64,000 bases of DNA, taken from NCBI GenBank assembly GCA_963741945.1, contig CAVUKA010000005.1:522557-586556 (forward strand), in the 5' to 3' direction. The notes beneath the pieces were generated by a model. The model was not told where the DNA came from and searched no databases. It worked only from the letters and a program-made list of their open reading frames with translations. Shown here in pieces: positions 20,988 through 29,673 of the stretch; positions within the stretch are counted from its first letter, which is position 1, and every line of letters begins with the position of its first letter. Source of the stretch: an uncultured Gemmatimonadales bacterium (GTDB lineage Bacteria; Gemmatimonadota; Gemmatimonadetes; Longimicrobiales; RSA9). The translations under genes were made by a program, and so were the position numbers.

Positions 20988-21770
20988 ATGATGAAGATTC
21001 CTGCACCGCGCCGCTTCCTGGCTGCGCTCACGCTCATCGCGGCCGCCCCGGTGGCCGTGGCCGCGCAGGCGGACCTCCCGCCGGCTTCGCAGCTGATCGA
21101 CCGGTACGTCGAGGCGGTCGGGGGCCGGGACGCCATCATGTCGCTGCCGGACAGCCGGACCGTCGGCACGTTCGCCATGCCGTCCATGGGGATCCAGGGC
21201 TCGCTGGAAGTGTTCGCCGCCAGGAATCCGACGCGGCTGCTGAGCGTGGTCGACATCCCCGGCCTCGGCGTGGTCCGCAACGGCTACACGGGTGAGGTCG
21301 GCTGGTCCCTGGACCCGAACATGGGTCCGCGTCTGCTCGATGGGAAGGAACTGGCGTCGATGGTGGAAGGGGCTTCGGATGCCGGCTCGCTCCGGGACGC
21401 TTCCATGTTCACCACCCGCGAGACGGTGGAGAAGACGGAAATGAACGGACAGCCGTGCTACAAGGTCCGGCTGGTGTGGAAGAGCGGCCGCGAGACGTTC
21501 GACTGCTACAGCGTGGACTCCGGCCTGCTGGTGGCGACCACGGCCAACCAGGAGACGCCCATGGGGAACGTCGAGGTGGTCAGCATGATGGACGGCTACA
21601 AGCGCTTCGGCGACGTCATGACCGCCACGAAGATCACGCAGCAGATGATGGGGCAGGAGCAGGTCATGACCGTCGACTCGGTGGTCTACGGGCCCATCGA
21701 CGCATCCAAATTCGTTCCGCCCCAGGAGATCCAGACGCTCATCAACCAGCAGAAGAGCGCCGGCCAGTAG
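20988..21770 (+). CDS. hypothetical secreted protein
   Basis: Signal peptide (RRFLAALTLIAAAPVAVAAQA). Non-repetitive, normal-looking composition. Family not recognised. Confidence 0.6.
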   Translation: MMKIPAPRRFLAALTLIAAAPVAVAAQADLPPASQLIDRYVEAVGGRDAIMSLPDSRTVGTFAMPSMGIQGSLEVFAARNPTRLLSVVDIPGLGVVRNGYTGEVGWSLDPNMGPRLLDGKELASMVEGASDAGSLRDASMFTTRETVEKTEMNGQPCYKVRLVWKSGRETFDCYSVDSGLLVATTANQETPMGNVEVVSMMDGYKRFGDVMTATKITQQMMGQEQVMTVDSVVYGPIDASKFVPPQEIQTLINQQKSAGQ

Positions 21771-22434
21771 CCGCGCCCCGCCCCCCGGCGACGGCCACGG
21801 CCAGGCCGTCGCCGACGGGGATGATCGTGGCCGTCAGCCGCGGGTCGGAAGCCAGCCGCTCGTTGAACGCGCGCAGCGCACGCGTGGCTTCCGATTCCGG
21901 GCTCTCCTCCAGGACACGCCCGCTCCAGAAGGCATTGTCCGCCACGATCAGCCCGCCGGGCCGAACCAGCCCGATCGCCATCTCCAGGTAGGCGCTGTAG
22001 CCCTCCTTGTCCGCATCGATGAACACGGCATCGAACGGCGGCTCGTCCCGGAGCAGGGGGAGCCGCTCCCGTGCATCGCCGACCTGGACCTCCACGATGT
22101 CGCCCAGACCGGCCCGTGCCGCGAACGTCCGCGCCAGATCGGCGCGCGCCGGGTCGATCTCCAGCGAGACCAGCCGGCCGTCCGCCGGCAGTGCGCGGGC
22201 CATCCAGATCGCGCTGTAGCCGCCCAGCGCCCCGATCTCCAGCACCCGGCGCGCACCGATGGCCACCATCAGGAACTGCAGCATGCGCCCGGCCTCGGCC
22301 GAGACGTAGATCTCCGGCAGCCCCCGTCGCGCGATCTCCGCCCGCACTTCCTCCAGCACGGCATCCTCGCGGGCGAACAGCCCGCTCACGTAGTCGGAGA
22401 GGCGGGCCGCCACGTCTTCCGGTGGACCGCTCAT
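21742..22434 (-). CDS. class I SAM-dependent O-methyltransferase (caffeoyl-CoA OMT-like)
   Basis: Start ATG 22434 in an ATGA overlap with the aminotransferase stop. VLEIGALGGYS SAM motif, FIDADK, LIVADN. Confidence 0.85.
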   Translation of the reverse strand: MSGPPEDVAARLSDYVSGLFAREDAVLEEVRAEIARRGLPEIYVSAEAGRMLQFLMVAIGARRVLEIGALGGYSAIWMARALPADGRLVSLEIDPARADLARTFAARAGLGDIVEVQVGDARERLPLLRDEPPFDAVFIDADKEGYSAYLEMAIGLVRPGGLIVADNAFWSGRVLEESPESEATRALRAFNERLASDPRLTATIIPVGDGLAVAVAGGRGAATGRRSSAG

Positions 22435-23642
22435 GCCGCACGCCCGAGGGCGGTGCGGATCCGCAGGAATGCTTCCTCGATGTCTTCCCGCGAAGCCGCG
22501 AACGAGAGCCGGACGTAGCGATCGTCGCCGAACGCGGAGCCCGGCACCAGCGCCACGCCGGCGTCCTCGAGCATCCGCTTGCAGAATGCGACGGAGTCGG
22601 CGCAGCCGTCGTCGTACCACTGGTCGGCGCGGATGAAGAGGTAGAAGGCGCCGTCCGGCACGAGCGCATCCGCGTCCGGCAGGTGCTTCTCGACCAGCGA
22701 CGCCACGAGGTCCCGCCTCATCCGGAACTCCGCCGCCATCGCTTCCAGCTCGCGCGCCTGCTCACGGGAGGCGGTGAACGCGGCTACGGCGGCGTACTGC
22801 GACGGCGTCGCCGCGTTCGACGTCATGTGGCTCTGCAGCGCCGCGATCTTGCTCGCCATGACGGCCGGCGTGTAGGAGTATCCGATCCGCCAGCCGGTCA
22901 TGGCGAACGCTTTCGACGCCCCGTTCACCACCACCACCTGCGCACGCAGCTCCGGCGGAAGGTCCAGCAGGCCGGGCGCTCGCGGGGCCACGTAGCAGAG
23001 GCGGGAATAGATCTCGTCGCTGATCAGCCACACGTTCCTGGAGCGCGCCCATTCGGCGATGCCGATCAGCTCGTCCCGCGAATAGACCGCACCCGACGGG
23101 TTGGAGGGCGAGTTCAGGAGCAGCGCCCGAACGGCCGGGGTCCATGCCGTTTCCAGCGTGTCCGGGCTCACTTTGTAGGCGCGTTCGCGCGGACCGGTGA
23201 CCCACACGGGCTCGGCACGGGCGAGGCGCACCAGCTCGGGATAGCTGGTCCAGTACGGGACCGGCACCATGACGGCGTCGCCCGGCCCCGTGAGCACGAA
23301 GATCGCATTGAACAGCGCCTGCTTCGCCCCCGCCGAGACCACCACACCCGCCGCCGTGGTGTCCGCGCCGTAGTCGCGGTTCAGCGCTTCGGCGATCGCC
23401 TCCCGCAGCGCCGGCAGCCCGGGCGCCGGCGTGTACCGCGTACGGCCGGCTTCGATCGCCGCGATGCCCGCTGCCGAGATGAACGAAGGCGTGGGGAAGT
23501 CCGGCTCCCCCGCGCTCAGGTTGAGGATGTCGCGCCCTTTCGCCTGGAGTTCCTTGGCGAGAGAGGAAACGGAGATCGTGGCAGACGGCTGCAACAGCCG
23601 TACGTTCTCGCTGAATTGTAGCGCTGTTTCCGTGGAGCTCAT
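22431..23642 (-). CDS. pyridoxal-phosphate-dependent aminotransferase (aspartate aminotransferase class I)
   Basis: Start moved to ATG 23642 (MSSTETAL). SAGEPDF, NSPSNPSG and SKAFAMTGWRIGY (PLP lysine) motifs. Confidence 0.9.
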   Translation of the reverse strand: MSSTETALQFSENVRLLQPSATISVSSLAKELQAKGRDILNLSAGEPDFPTPSFISAAGIAAIEAGRTRYTPAPGLPALREAIAEALNRDYGADTTAAGVVVSAGAKQALFNAIFVLTGPGDAVMVPVPYWTSYPELVRLARAEPVWVTGPRERAYKVSPDTLETAWTPAVRALLLNSPSNPSGAVYSRDELIGIAEWARSRNVWLISDEIYSRLCYVAPRAPGLLDLPPELRAQVVVVNGASKAFAMTGWRIGYSYTPAVMASKIAALQSHMTSNAATPSQYAAVAAFTASREQARELEAMAAEFRMRRDLVASLVEKHLPDADALVPDGAFYLFIRADQWYDDGCADSVAFCKRMLEDAGVALVPGSAFGDDRYVRLSFAASREDIEEAFLRIRTALGRAA

Positions 23643-23741
23643 GACCTTGACCGGTGCGAGTTCGCGTCGAGCAAGATGCCCCGCTGTGCGGCCCGCGGGC
23701 AAGGTGGCGCCCACCGCCGCGGCACCCGCTACATTGGCCGG

Positions 23742-24317
23742 ATGGAAGGCCTCGTGCTCTACCACGACTTCGTCAGCCCCTTCTGCCGGCTGGCGTTCGC
23801 TGCCGCCGTCGACGCCGCCGCCGCCGCGGGGGTGTCACTGCGCCTGCACCCGTTCGAGCTTCGCCCCCCCACCGCGCCGCTCACGCCCGACGATGCCGAT
23901 GCCGTGGCGGCGGAGCTGGAGGCGGCTCGCCCGCTGGCCGCGGAGTGGGGCGTCGCCCTCTCGGCCCCTCCCGGCGTCCCCAGGACCGCGAAAGCCCACG
24001 AGGCGGTGGCGTTCGCGGCGGGGCACGGCCGTGGTGTCGAGATGGCCGCTCGGATCTACGAAGCCTGCTGGACCCGCGGCTCCGACATCGGCCGGATCGA
24101 TGTCCTGGCCGGGCTCGGCGAGGGCGCCGGTGTGGACCCCCAGGCGCTCCACGTGGCCCTCGGCCTCGATGCCTGCGCCGCCGAAGTCCAGACGGCGCAA
24201 CGGGAGGCGGAGCGAGCCGGCGTGACCGCAGTGCCGCTGCTTCGGCACGGCGAGCGCTGGCTCCCGGGCGTGCTTCCCGCCGCCGAGATCCTCGCCTGGC
24301 TCCGGGATGCGTCGTGA
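23742..24317 (+). CDS. DsbA/FrnE-like thioredoxin-fold protein
   Basis: Start ATG 23742. LYHDFVSPFC near the N-terminus and a C-terminal GVTAVPLL motif resemble DsbA-family oxidoreductases or isomerases. Confidence 0.7.
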   Translation: MEGLVLYHDFVSPFCRLAFAAAVDAAAAAGVSLRLHPFELRPPTAPLTPDDADAVAAELEAARPLAAEWGVALSAPPGVPRTAKAHEAVAFAAGHGRGVEMAARIYEACWTRGSDIGRIDVLAGLGEGAGVDPQALHVALGLDACAAEVQTAQREAERAGVTAVPLLRHGERWLPGVLPAAEILAWLRDAS

Positions 24318-24396
24318 CCCCTTGCGACACGGGACCTCAGACGTTCTCCTTCAGCGGCCTTCGCCCGGAGAAACGGAACAGGAGCACGGAATCATC

Positions 24397-24681
24397 ATGG
24401 CCGCGTATCAGAGATTGACTGCCATGAGCGGGAAGCGCGCCGTCGCGGTGGCGGCGGAGTACCTCAGGGAGCGGATCCCGCTCGAGGTGGTCTCGTCCAG
24501 TGACCACTCGGTCACCCTGGAGGGTGGCGATGGAACGGTCACCGTTTCGGCGCACCCGCACGGGATGGAAACGGCTGTGACCGCTTCCACCGACCAGCTG
24601 CGGACCTCCCGGATCGACCTGGAAGCGCAGAACTACATGAATCAGCTGCCCTACCAGCCGGAAGACCGGCAGCGGCGGTAG
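24397..24681 (+). CDS. hypothetical small protein
   Basis: 94-aa ORF from ATG 24397, preceded by GGAGCACGGA. No recognised domain. Confidence 0.4.
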   Translation: MAAYQRLTAMSGKRAVAVAAEYLRERIPLEVVSSSDHSVTLEGGDGTVTVSAHPHGMETAVTASTDQLRTSRIDLEAQNYMNQLPYQPEDRQRR

Positions 24682-24703
24682 AGCCCCGGTTCAGGGCCCC
24701 GGT

Positions 24704-25447
24704 TCAGCGGCTGGTCGGGATACGGAGGTCCTGGCCGGCGTAGATCCGGTTCCCGGGCAGGTCGTTCACGGCCTTCAGCTCCTCGACGCCGATCCCGTAG
24801 TTGCGGGCGATGCTCCAGAGGCTGTCGCCCCGGCGCACACGGTAGCGCGTGTCGTCGCCCGGTGCCGACGGCGGCGGCGAATCCGACAGCGCGGCCACGT
24901 AGCGCGTGTACGACTTCGGGAACACGGCAATGTGGTAGTGTGGCGGCCAGCGCTCGCGCGTCGCCTCGATGACCCGCGCCTTCTCCAGCGACAGCAGCGT
25001 GCGCTCGATCCACTTCCGGCAGCTCAACCGGTTGGTCCGGCGCACATCCAGCGCCATCCCCGTGGGGTGCACCGATCGCCTCGATGCGTTGTCCGGCTGG
25101 TCGTTCCGCGGCCGCGTCAGGCTCGTCACCACCAGCGGCTCCCCGCAGGCGGCCCTGTACTGCGCCGCCAGGCGCTCGATGAACACCTTCGTCTGGGGCC
25201 TCGCGTACGGATACGAGACGTTCGCCAGGGAGTAGTCCCCGTTCCCCTCCAGCTTCACGAGATACCCCTTCTCCACGAAGTCCAGGATCTGGCGTCCGCT
25301 GCGGAGGAAGGTGAAGTCGTTGGCCTGCGCTGTCCGGTACATCCGCGACACCGAGGCCGGTGACCCGCGCAAGCTCTGCGCGGCCAGGGGGGCGGCCGGG
25401 AGAACGCAAAACATCACTATGCCGAGCTGTCGGAGCATGGTCTGCAT
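24704..25447 (-). CDS. secreted LysM domain protein (DUF5715-like N-terminal domain)
   Basis: Signal peptide. C-terminal LysM (YRVRRGDSLWSIARNYGIGVEELKAVNDL). Confidence 0.75.
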   Translation of the reverse strand: MQTMLRQLGIVMFCVLPAAPLAAQSLRGSPASVSRMYRTAQANDFTFLRSGRQILDFVEKGYLVKLEGNGDYSLANVSYPYARPQTKVFIERLAAQYRAACGEPLVVTSLTRPRNDQPDNASRRSVHPTGMALDVRRTNRLSCRKWIERTLLSLEKARVIEATRERWPPHYHIAVFPKSYTRYVAALSDSPPPSAPGDDTRYRVRRGDSLWSIARNYGIGVEELKAVNDLPGNRIYAGQDLRIPTSR

Positions 25448-25551
25448 CGACCGCTTGTGTTCCGTACTACGGTGGGCACCTTCCCTGCCGCCGAGGCAGG
25501 GCCAAGCTCATGTGAGACGCCGACTAAGCTGGTCCGGCTTCACACCGGCTG

Positions 25552-26028
25552 TCAAGGCCTCCGTTCGCGACTACCCGCCGCGCCCGGGTCGCGCCCGCCG
25601 CCCAGCTCCACCTCGTCACCCCGGACCAGCGCCGGGTCGAAGCGAAGGCGAGGAATGGGAATCAGGACCGGCCACGCCTCCTCCGGCGCCTCGTGGTTCT
25701 CCGCCACCAGGTGCCGGCAAACCGCCGCGTGCTCCAGGAGACCGTCCACATCGAACCCGAGGTAGCGGGGGCGCCGCGACTCGAGCAGCGGCATGGCCTT
25801 GCCCAGCTGCGCCGAGATCCCGTGGCGGTTTCCCCGCGCCACGTGCACGAACGCGCTCGCGAACAGGATCAGCGCGTGGTAAAACTCGCTCCCCGTCCGC
25901 CGCCACGCCTCCTCCAGCGCCTCGTGGCTCTCCCAGAACGCGCCCCGGTTGAACCGCCGCAGGAACTCCCCCAGTGCCGCGTCGATCTGCTCCGGTGATT
26001 CGGGGCCGGCCGCCTCTGTCTCCGTCAT
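25552..26028 (-). CDS. DUF309 domain protein
   Basis: Start ATG 26028. FNRGAFWESHEALEEAWR...YHALILFASAFVHVARGN is typical of DUF309. Confidence 0.7.
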   Translation of the reverse strand: MTETEAAGPESPEQIDAALGEFLRRFNRGAFWESHEALEEAWRRTGSEFYHALILFASAFVHVARGNRHGISAQLGKAMPLLESRRPRYLGFDVDGLLEHAAVCRHLVAENHEAPEEAWPVLIPIPRLRFDPALVRGDEVELGGGRDPGAAGSRERRP

Positions 26029-26080
26029 GTCCAAGTCAATAAGGGCGACGGCCCGGCCGAGCAAGGGGATCGCCCACCGG

Positions 26081-26803
26081 TCAACCGAGCGCCCGCCCGG
26101 CTTTCCGGAGCAGGCGCCGCAACTCGTCACGCTCCGGAACCGTGAGGCCGGACACCATCTGGTCGTCCGCCGCCCGCCACGCCCGCGACGCACGCTCCAT
26201 GGCCGCTCGCCCGGCCGCAGTGGCGGTGAGCCGACTGGTGCGACCGTCGCTTCCCGACAATTCACGGGCCATCAGCCCCCGGGCCTCACACCGTCGCACC
26301 AGCCCGGAAACGGACGCGGATGCCAACCCGAGCCGTCGCCGCAAGCGACCGGGAGACGTTCCGCCCGGCCGCGCGGCATCCACCAGTGCCAGGTCGCGCC
26401 GGACTGCGTCACCCCGCTCGAGACGGCCCCGTCGCCCATGCCCGAGGCGCGCTTCCAGCCGCGATGCCGCCCTGAGCAGAAGCAGCGGTGTGCTCTCCCA
26501 CGGGTCCCACTGCCGCGGCTCCACCGCCTCCACTCCGGAATCGCGGCGATCCTCGGCCCCGCTGCGCTGCCGCCTGGCGCACCCGATGTCCACGCCCCTC
26601 CGCGCCACGTCCACCAGGATCTCCCGCGCAACCGCAGCCACTTCACGCCGGAACTCCGCCGCCGGCCCCGATTCCTCCGGCGACGCCCCCACCCACGGTC
26701 CGAGGTCGATATCCGCCTCCGTCACGCCACCGTCCTGCCCCCCCGGCTGGACGGGTTCGGGAGGGGTCGGCGTCTCGCCCGGCGACCCCGGCTGCCTCGT
26801 CAT
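26081..26803 (-). CDS. MarR family transcriptional regulator with N-terminal extension
   Basis: C-terminal winged helix (LRRRLGLASASVSGLVRRCEARGLMARELSGSDGRTSRLTATAAG). Start ATG 26803, preceded by GGAGAGAG. Confidence 0.7.
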   Translation of the reverse strand: MTRQPGSPGETPTPPEPVQPGGQDGGVTEADIDLGPWVGASPEESGPAAEFRREVAAVAREILVDVARRGVDIGCARRQRSGAEDRRDSGVEAVEPRQWDPWESTPLLLLRAASRLEARLGHGRRGRLERGDAVRRDLALVDAARPGGTSPGRLRRRLGLASASVSGLVRRCEARGLMARELSGSDGRTSRLTATAAGRAAMERASRAWRAADDQMVSGLTVPERDELRRLLRKAGRALG

Positions 26804-26809
26804 CGAAAC

Positions 26810-26827
26810 TCTCTCCACCTGGAGAGA
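26810..26827. promoter_or_regulatory. palindromic motif TCTCTCCA-CC-TGGAGAGA overlapping the marR ribosome-binding region
   Basis: 8-bp inverted repeat with a 2-nt spacer, 7 nt upstream of the marR ATG. The 15-nt core CTCCACCTGGAGAGA recurs at 26903. Confidence 0.4.
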
Positions 26828-26902
26828 TCCCCGGGCTGGTCGAAAATCCGCAACTCACTGTCTCCCTTGATGATGGGGCCCGGATGCGCGCGGTCGAGAT
26901 CG

Positions 26903-26917
26903 CTCCACCTGGAGAGA
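26903..26917. promoter_or_regulatory. second copy of CTCCACCTGGAGAGA motif
   Basis: Exact 15-nt repeat of the core at 26813-26827, 90 bp away, in the marR upstream region. Confidence 0.4.
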
Positions 26918-26950
26918 ATTCCTGCGCGAGGGCCATCCACGCGCCGCCAG

Positions 26951-26999
26951 CGCATGGCGCGACCCCGGCCGCCGCCCGCATGGCGCGACCCCGGCCGCC
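26951..26999. repeat. 23-bp perfect tandem direct repeat (period 26)
   Basis: CGCATGGCGCGACCCCGGCCGCC occurs at 26951-26973 and 26977-26999, separated by GCC. Confidence 0.85.
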
Positions 27000-27068
27000 C
27001 CCTGAGTAGCGCAGCGGCCGGGGCGCCGCCATAGGCGCACGGGACGACTTGCGTCGGGCGGCGCGGGA

Positions 27069-28943
27069 TCAGAACCCGCCGCCCCCGCCGCCACCGCCGC
27101 CGCCGCCCACGCTGCCCCCGCCGCCGGAGCCCGAGGAGCCGGGGGAGGAGGAGAGGGTGGAGCTGGCCGCGGACGAGAGCTTGCCGAGGTCGCTGGCGAA
27201 CGCGGACGGGTGGAAGGCGATGAAGCCGGTCCGGGTGCCGCGGTACCAGTTGGGAGGCTCCGTGATGAGATCGTCGAACGCGGCGGCCCAGCGGTCTTCA
27301 CACTGGAAGGCCATGGCATAGGGGAGGAAGCGCTCGAACTGGTCGGGGGACGTGACCATCCGGCGGTAGCGTGGCGCCTCGACCCGCTCGAGGAACCGCT
27401 TGAAGCCGAGGGACGCCTCGCGGGCGCGGGCGCCGGATTCGGTCCGTCTGGGCATGAGCCAGCCGAAGATGCCGATGATGAGCGCGCTGGCGAGCGCGGC
27501 CGCCACGAGGAACGGCCCGCTGGCGTAGGCGGAGAGCGCGAAGCCCCCGGCGCTTGTGGCGGCGACCACGGCGGCGAGCCCCAGGTAGCGCCCGCGGACC
27601 TTGTCGGGTCGTCGCTCGTAGTACCCGCGGGCCACGAGCTGGTGGTAGATGGCGTCCTTGATGGGCGGGATCTTCTTGTAGAACTGGTTCTGGAGGTCGG
27701 AGAGCCGCACGGTGTCCAGTGCTTCCGGGGGTGCGTCGGCGGAAGCGTCCTGCACGCCGAGGTTGGCCAGCAGGCTTCGCAGGCCCACCGTCTTCGACGT
27801 GACGCCGGCCAGGACCTCGGCTGGCGTGGTGGTCTCGAAGAGCGCATCGAGGAAGCGGACCTCGTGAACGGCGAGCCCGTCCCATTCGGTGCGGGGGCGG
27901 ACCAGGTGGAAGTGGTAGTCGCGGCCGAACTGGAGGAATCCCGTCTTCTCGTGCTCCTCGATGACGATGTACCCGCGCACGGCCAGGTCCACGAGGGTGG
28001 AAACGATGTCGCGCATCCCTGCATCGTTGTCGATGAGCGTGCCGGCCTCGGCGGGAGAAAGCCCTTCCACGGGCTCCCACTGCACGGTGATGGCGCGCTC
28101 CTCCGGGTCGCGGCCGCGCTCGTTCCAGGCGCCGGCCATCCACCAGAGCACCAGGAGCGGGATCAGCAGCGGCCAGAGAGCCATGGGATGGAAGCTCCAG
28201 CCGCCGTCCAGCGGCGGCAGCGCTTCCGCCGCGGCGCGGTCCACCACCCCGGCGGGCCAGCCGACGGCCAGCGTCAGCCCCTCACCGGGGCGGAGCGGCC
28301 CCACCGGTGCCACGTCCACCGTGCCGGGCCCGGTGGCGCGGATGTCCGCGCGCCGCTGCGAGCCGGCGGTCCCCACGTACGCGGCCATCTGGCGCGGCTC
28401 GGTCTCACCCGGGAACACCACGCGGGCGCTGGCACGCTGGATCGGCACCTCCCACTCGGTACCGGTCACCTGCCAGTTGAGCTCGTCCATCGGCTGCCAG
28501 TCCTGTCCCTGCTCCGGGCGGAAGAAGCCGAGGGCGTTGCGGACGCGGTAGGTCAGAATCACGGTGGCGGCGCGATCCCGGGCGTCGGGGACCCAGACCT
28601 TGAACTGGCGCTGGGTGCGCGAGATCCGCTCCGTCTGCGTGCGCAGCGCGTGCCCGGCGCCATCGGTGGCGGAGAGCAGACGCACGCCGAGCAGGTAATC
28701 GGCGTGGTAGTCCTTCGGCGGCTCCAGCGAGATCCTGCGCAGGATCCCGTTCCACTCGCCCGTGAAGCGCGGGCGCAGGGTCTCCGTGATCGTGAGGTCG
28801 CCATTGCGGCCCACCACGATGTCGGCGTGCAGCTGCTCGAAGACCAGGGACCGCTGCGCGGCCGCGACCGTGGGCAGCGCCACCACCAGGGCGAGCAGGA
28901 GCGCGGCGGCCGCTCCCCGCGCGAGCCAGCGCGGCCCCCTCAT
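27069..28943 (-). CDS. DUF2207 domain membrane protein with poly-Gly C-terminus
   Basis: Signal peptide, a large extracytoplasmic domain and several TM helices. The C-terminal SSSPGSSGSGGGGSVGGGGGGGGGGGF is typical of DUF2207. It lies directly downstream of lemA. Confidence 0.8.
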   Translation of the reverse strand: MRGPRWLARGAAAALLLALVVALPTVAAAQRSLVFEQLHADIVVGRNGDLTITETLRPRFTGEWNGILRRISLEPPKDYHADYLLGVRLLSATDGAGHALRTQTERISRTQRQFKVWVPDARDRAATVILTYRVRNALGFFRPEQGQDWQPMDELNWQVTGTEWEVPIQRASARVVFPGETEPRQMAAYVGTAGSQRRADIRATGPGTVDVAPVGPLRPGEGLTLAVGWPAGVVDRAAAEALPPLDGGWSFHPMALWPLLIPLLVLWWMAGAWNERGRDPEERAITVQWEPVEGLSPAEAGTLIDNDAGMRDIVSTLVDLAVRGYIVIEEHEKTGFLQFGRDYHFHLVRPRTEWDGLAVHEVRFLDALFETTTPAEVLAGVTSKTVGLRSLLANLGVQDASADAPPEALDTVRLSDLQNQFYKKIPPIKDAIYHQLVARGYYERRPDKVRGRYLGLAAVVAATSAGGFALSAYASGPFLVAAALASALIIGIFGWLMPRRTESGARAREASLGFKRFLERVEAPRYRRMVTSPDQFERFLPYAMAFQCEDRWAAAFDDLITEPPNWYRGTRTGFIAFHPSAFASDLGKLSSAASSTLSSSPGSSGSGGGGSVGGGGGGGGGGGF

Positions 28944-29527
28944 CAGAACTTCACCTCCGGAACCTCCCGCTCCTCGGGCGTCTCGATCTCGAAGAACTCA
29001 CGGGATGTCACGCCGGCCAGGCCGGCCACGATGTTGGACGGGAACTGGGCCACGCGCGTGTTCAGCTCCCGCACCGTGGCGTTGTAGTACCGCCTCGCCT
29101 GCTGCAGGTCCTCCTCGACGGTGTTCAGCGAGCGCTGCAGCTCCTGGAACGGCTCCGCCGCCCGCAGCTGCGGGTAGCTCTCGCTCAGCGCGAACAGCCG
29201 CCCCAGCGCCCCCGTCAACATGTTCTCCGCGCCGGCCCGCTCGGCCGGCGGCGCACCGCGCGCGTCCACCGCCCGGGTTCGCGCGGCGGTCACGGACTCC
29301 AGCGTTTCACGCTCGTGTCCCGCGTATCCCTTCACCGTCTCCACCAGGTTCGGGATCAGGTCGTGCCGCCGCTTGAGCTGCACGTCGATGTCGGACCACG
29401 CGGTGTCCGTCTCGACGCGCAGCGCCATGAGGCGGTTGTAGATCAGGACGCCGATCGCCAGCGGGATCAGGATGAGCAGCAGGAATACGCCGGCGAAGAT
29501 GAGCAGGGAGGTGACGACGGTGCCCAT
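28943..29527 (-). CDS. LemA family protein
   Basis: Start ATG 29527. N-terminal TM helix, then YNRL...AWSDIDVQLKRRHDLIPNLVETVKGYA.HE...ESYPQLRA...ARRYYNA. Confidence 0.9.
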   Translation of the reverse strand: MGTVVTSLLIFAGVFLLLILIPLAIGVLIYNRLMALRVETDTAWSDIDVQLKRRHDLIPNLVETVKGYAGHERETLESVTAARTRAVDARGAPPAERAGAENMLTGALGRLFALSESYPQLRAAEPFQELQRSLNTVEEDLQQARRYYNATVRELNTRVAQFPSNIVAGLAGVTSREFFEIETPEEREVPEVKF

Positions 29528-29673
29528 GAACGCTCCTTCGGTTGGGGGACGCCTCAAGCTAGGCGGGTACGGACACGAGGCCAAGATCCTTCGAACGCGA
29601 GGGTGCGAGTTTGCCGGGCTCCGCTCCTTCTCCGTATCATCCGCTTCCACCTCCCACAACGGAGCATACCGCC

